Shown here piece by piece: positions 61,688 through 64,000 of a stretch of DNA of 64,000 nt. Location: contig CM052816.1 in NCBI GenBank assembly GCA_028534125.1, positions 96,598,001-96,662,000 on the forward strand. Direction: 5' to 3'. The DNA is from Lama glama. Taxonomy: Eukaryota. Position 1 is the stretch's first letter, and each line of letters begins with the position of its first letter. Below the pieces are notes generated by a model. The model saw only the letters and a list, made by a program, of their open reading frames with translations. It searched no databases and had not been told where the DNA came from. The position numbers and the translations under genes were made by a program.

Positions 61688-64000
61688 GTTTTGGTGAGCC
61701 GGACAGAAGATCCCACCGCCTGGGCACTGCTCCCCACAAAGCTGCTGTAGTAGAAAGATCCTGGAACCTCTGACAAGAGCAGCCAAAGTAAGAATTCTCA
61801 CATCAGACTCCCAGGTTTCCACCTGCAGAGTTCAGTGGAAGCAAAATGGTGAGAGACCCCTTCCCCCATTTTTTTTAACCCTTTCTAAATTTAGATATAA
61901 ATTAGTAGGAAATATTTGTGAAATCACTTCCTTGGGCTTACCAACTCCTGGCTGTTCGGTACAGGAGTGCTCGTGGAGTTGGTTCATCTTTTTTCTCCCA
62001 GCAATGACCTTTTGTCTGCCTTATGACAAGAGAAAATATTCTCCCTGGTCCCCACCAGCCAGAGGAGGCATATGAACCTGGCAGGCAGCCAGATGGTCTG
62101 TGTGTAAACCAAGCTTAAGAAATCTTAAAAAAAAAAAAAGTGAACTTTTGGCTTGGTAAGGCACTCCATTCTGTTCAAAAAGGGAGGGAAGCACTAGATT
62201 CTCTGAGTTATGAAATAGCTGTTCAAAACCAGGGCCCGTAATGAGTCTTTCTTAGGGCAGTTCTGGAAGTGAAGTTTCTGGATCTTGTGAGGGCCGTGTT
62301 ACTTGCGCTCTCTCCTGGGGCTGTTCCTGCGTCCTAGTTTGAGCCATAAGAAGGTTTATTGATTTGAGTTGCTACTGAGAGTAATAGATTCTACTCATCC
62401 ACAGCCAGACAATGGATCTTTTGAACTGGAATTCTAAACAATTGTCTTATTGGTGCCTATGGAAAGACCAAAGTAAACACTGGACACAAAGAAATACAGA
62501 AGTTAACCTTGGGGACTCCCATGACAAAATGAAAGAACAAAAATGAAACGCCACATCCAATATAAGATCTCCCTTCTTAAAATCCAAAGAGTTAAGCAGG
62601 CCACCTTCTGGCACACCTGCTAATTTTATCTAAGAACTGTTTCTGGGAGGTATGATTATCTACAAAAAAAAAAAAAGACAAAATCTTACCAAGACAATCT
62701 AGAATTTATCCGGAAGTTTTTGTCCTGAAAACTTGGCTTAGAACCACCATCAGGCTGGGAATCCCAAAATTTGACCAGATAAGGATGTGGGCTGCACGTC
62801 ACTTGCAGCTTGATGTGGTTGGACGGGAAGGTGGGTTAAACTAAACTGCTGCTATAGCAGTCAGAGGAATTACAGCCTAGAATTACAATGGCCGCTATGA
62901 GGAATCTTCCAACTGCCCAGATTAGTTAAAAAGTGAACTTAGAAGCAAGGGCATCCAAATCAAGCAAGCGGAATGAGATACCTATTTTACTTTATTGAAG
63001 TATAGTTGATGTACAATATTATATAAGTTAAAGGTGCAGTATATGGTGATTCACAATTGTAAAGGTTTACTCCATTTGTAGTTATTATAAAACATTGGCT
63101 ATACTCTCTGTGTTGTACAGTATATCCTTGTAGCTTATTTTACCCATAATGGTTTGTACCTCTGAATCCCCTACCCTTATCCTGCCCCTTCCCCTTCCCT
63201 CTCCCCACAGTAACCACTAGTGTGTTTTCTATATCTATGAGTCAACTTCTTTTTTGTTATATTCAATAGAATGAGCTACTTATTTTAAATGGTATGTAGG
63301 AGCCTCCAAAAGTTTTCAAAATTCCAAAATAGCTTTAATGAAAGATCTGTTGTAAAGGCTAGTGAGGAGTTAAAGACACAGGAGGTACTCAAATCCAAGG
63401 ACACTTGAGACTGGCATGGCACTTGCTCCCCTCCATCTTTCTTTCCCTGAGCACTCACATTTTGCTAATTTTCTGTCTGAGCTGCCTTTCGCTCTGAAGA
63501 GATTATTAAAACAGCTATCTTTTAAAATAAGACTATCTGAGACTACAGGTGACCCATTCAGAGATCCTTCTCTTCTGGTTAAAGGCCAAATCAAGGGCCA
63601 TAGTTAAAGAATTTCTTAAAACCAGAGAGGGTTTTTAGAAGTTTTTTTTATAAATGGATTTCCTCCTGAGATTAACAGGTAAATAAAAAGAGCAGAAAAT
63701 AAGATGGGAGGCCGTAGGGAATGACATGAATTTTCTTAGGGTTTCTCCCCTAAGTTAAAATAAATCCATGTACCCAGGTGGAAAGAAGCAAATTGAGAAT
63801 AATATAGTTAGACATGTGAATCAACATATAATGTCATTTAAGTTACAATCCAATTCTCTGAAGAATTAAAAGCAGCTGTCCTTATTGTATAAATCTTTGC
63901 AAAAGTAGAAATACAGCAAAAGGTTTGTAACCTCTCTGGGAACTTTTATCTAGAACATCATCAACTCCTAAGACTGACAGGGGAAAAAAGGCCTTCCAAA
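61688..64000 (+). mobile_element. ERV1 internal region: PBS, leader, decayed gag
   Basis: PBS tggtgagccggacagaag at 61692-61709. Gag-like DNLELQWPL*GIF, KGIQIKQAE*DTYFKWYVGASK and WLKAKSRAIVKEF, with stops. Confidence 0.75.
62989..63268 (-). mobile_element. Artiodactyl-type L1 3' end inserted in gag
   Basis: tttattgaagtatagttgat...taaccactag; 18-bp flanking duplication with 2 mismatches. Confidence 0.9.

Noticed and set aside
1..64000. CRISPR arrays, operons, prokaryotic defence systems, rRNA/snoRNA/miRNA genes
   Set aside because: The sequence is mammalian; I saw no repeat-spacer array and no recognisable structured RNA gene

Overview
Mammalian nuclear genomic DNA, most likely camelid (a Vic-1-type tRNA-derived SINE is present), with a 500-N scaffold gap at 40965-41464. 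The left end holds the 5' part of a minus-strand spliced gene that I could not name. Its two best-supported exons (306-148, 70-4) join in frame, and weaker upstream exon candidates do not join into one open frame. A CpG-island promoter at about 11.4-12.0 kb also carries a strong plus-strand splice donor. The remaining ~52 kb is intergenic or intronic and dominated by old interspersed repeats (L1, L2, MIR, MaLR/ERVL LTRs, Tigger/hAT elements). Readable fossils include a Zaphod-type hAT transposase split by an L1, an L1 ORF2 EN-RT stretch, an ERV-L dUTPase remnant, and the 5' half of a MER34-like ERV1 provirus (LTR, tRNA-Arg-like PBS, decayed gag with two insertions). Almost all ORF-track entries are spurious. 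I found no convincing new biological system; the best leads are the unnamed gene and a possible divergent plus-strand transcript. Repeat subfamily names come from recalled consensus sequences, and their boundaries are approximate.
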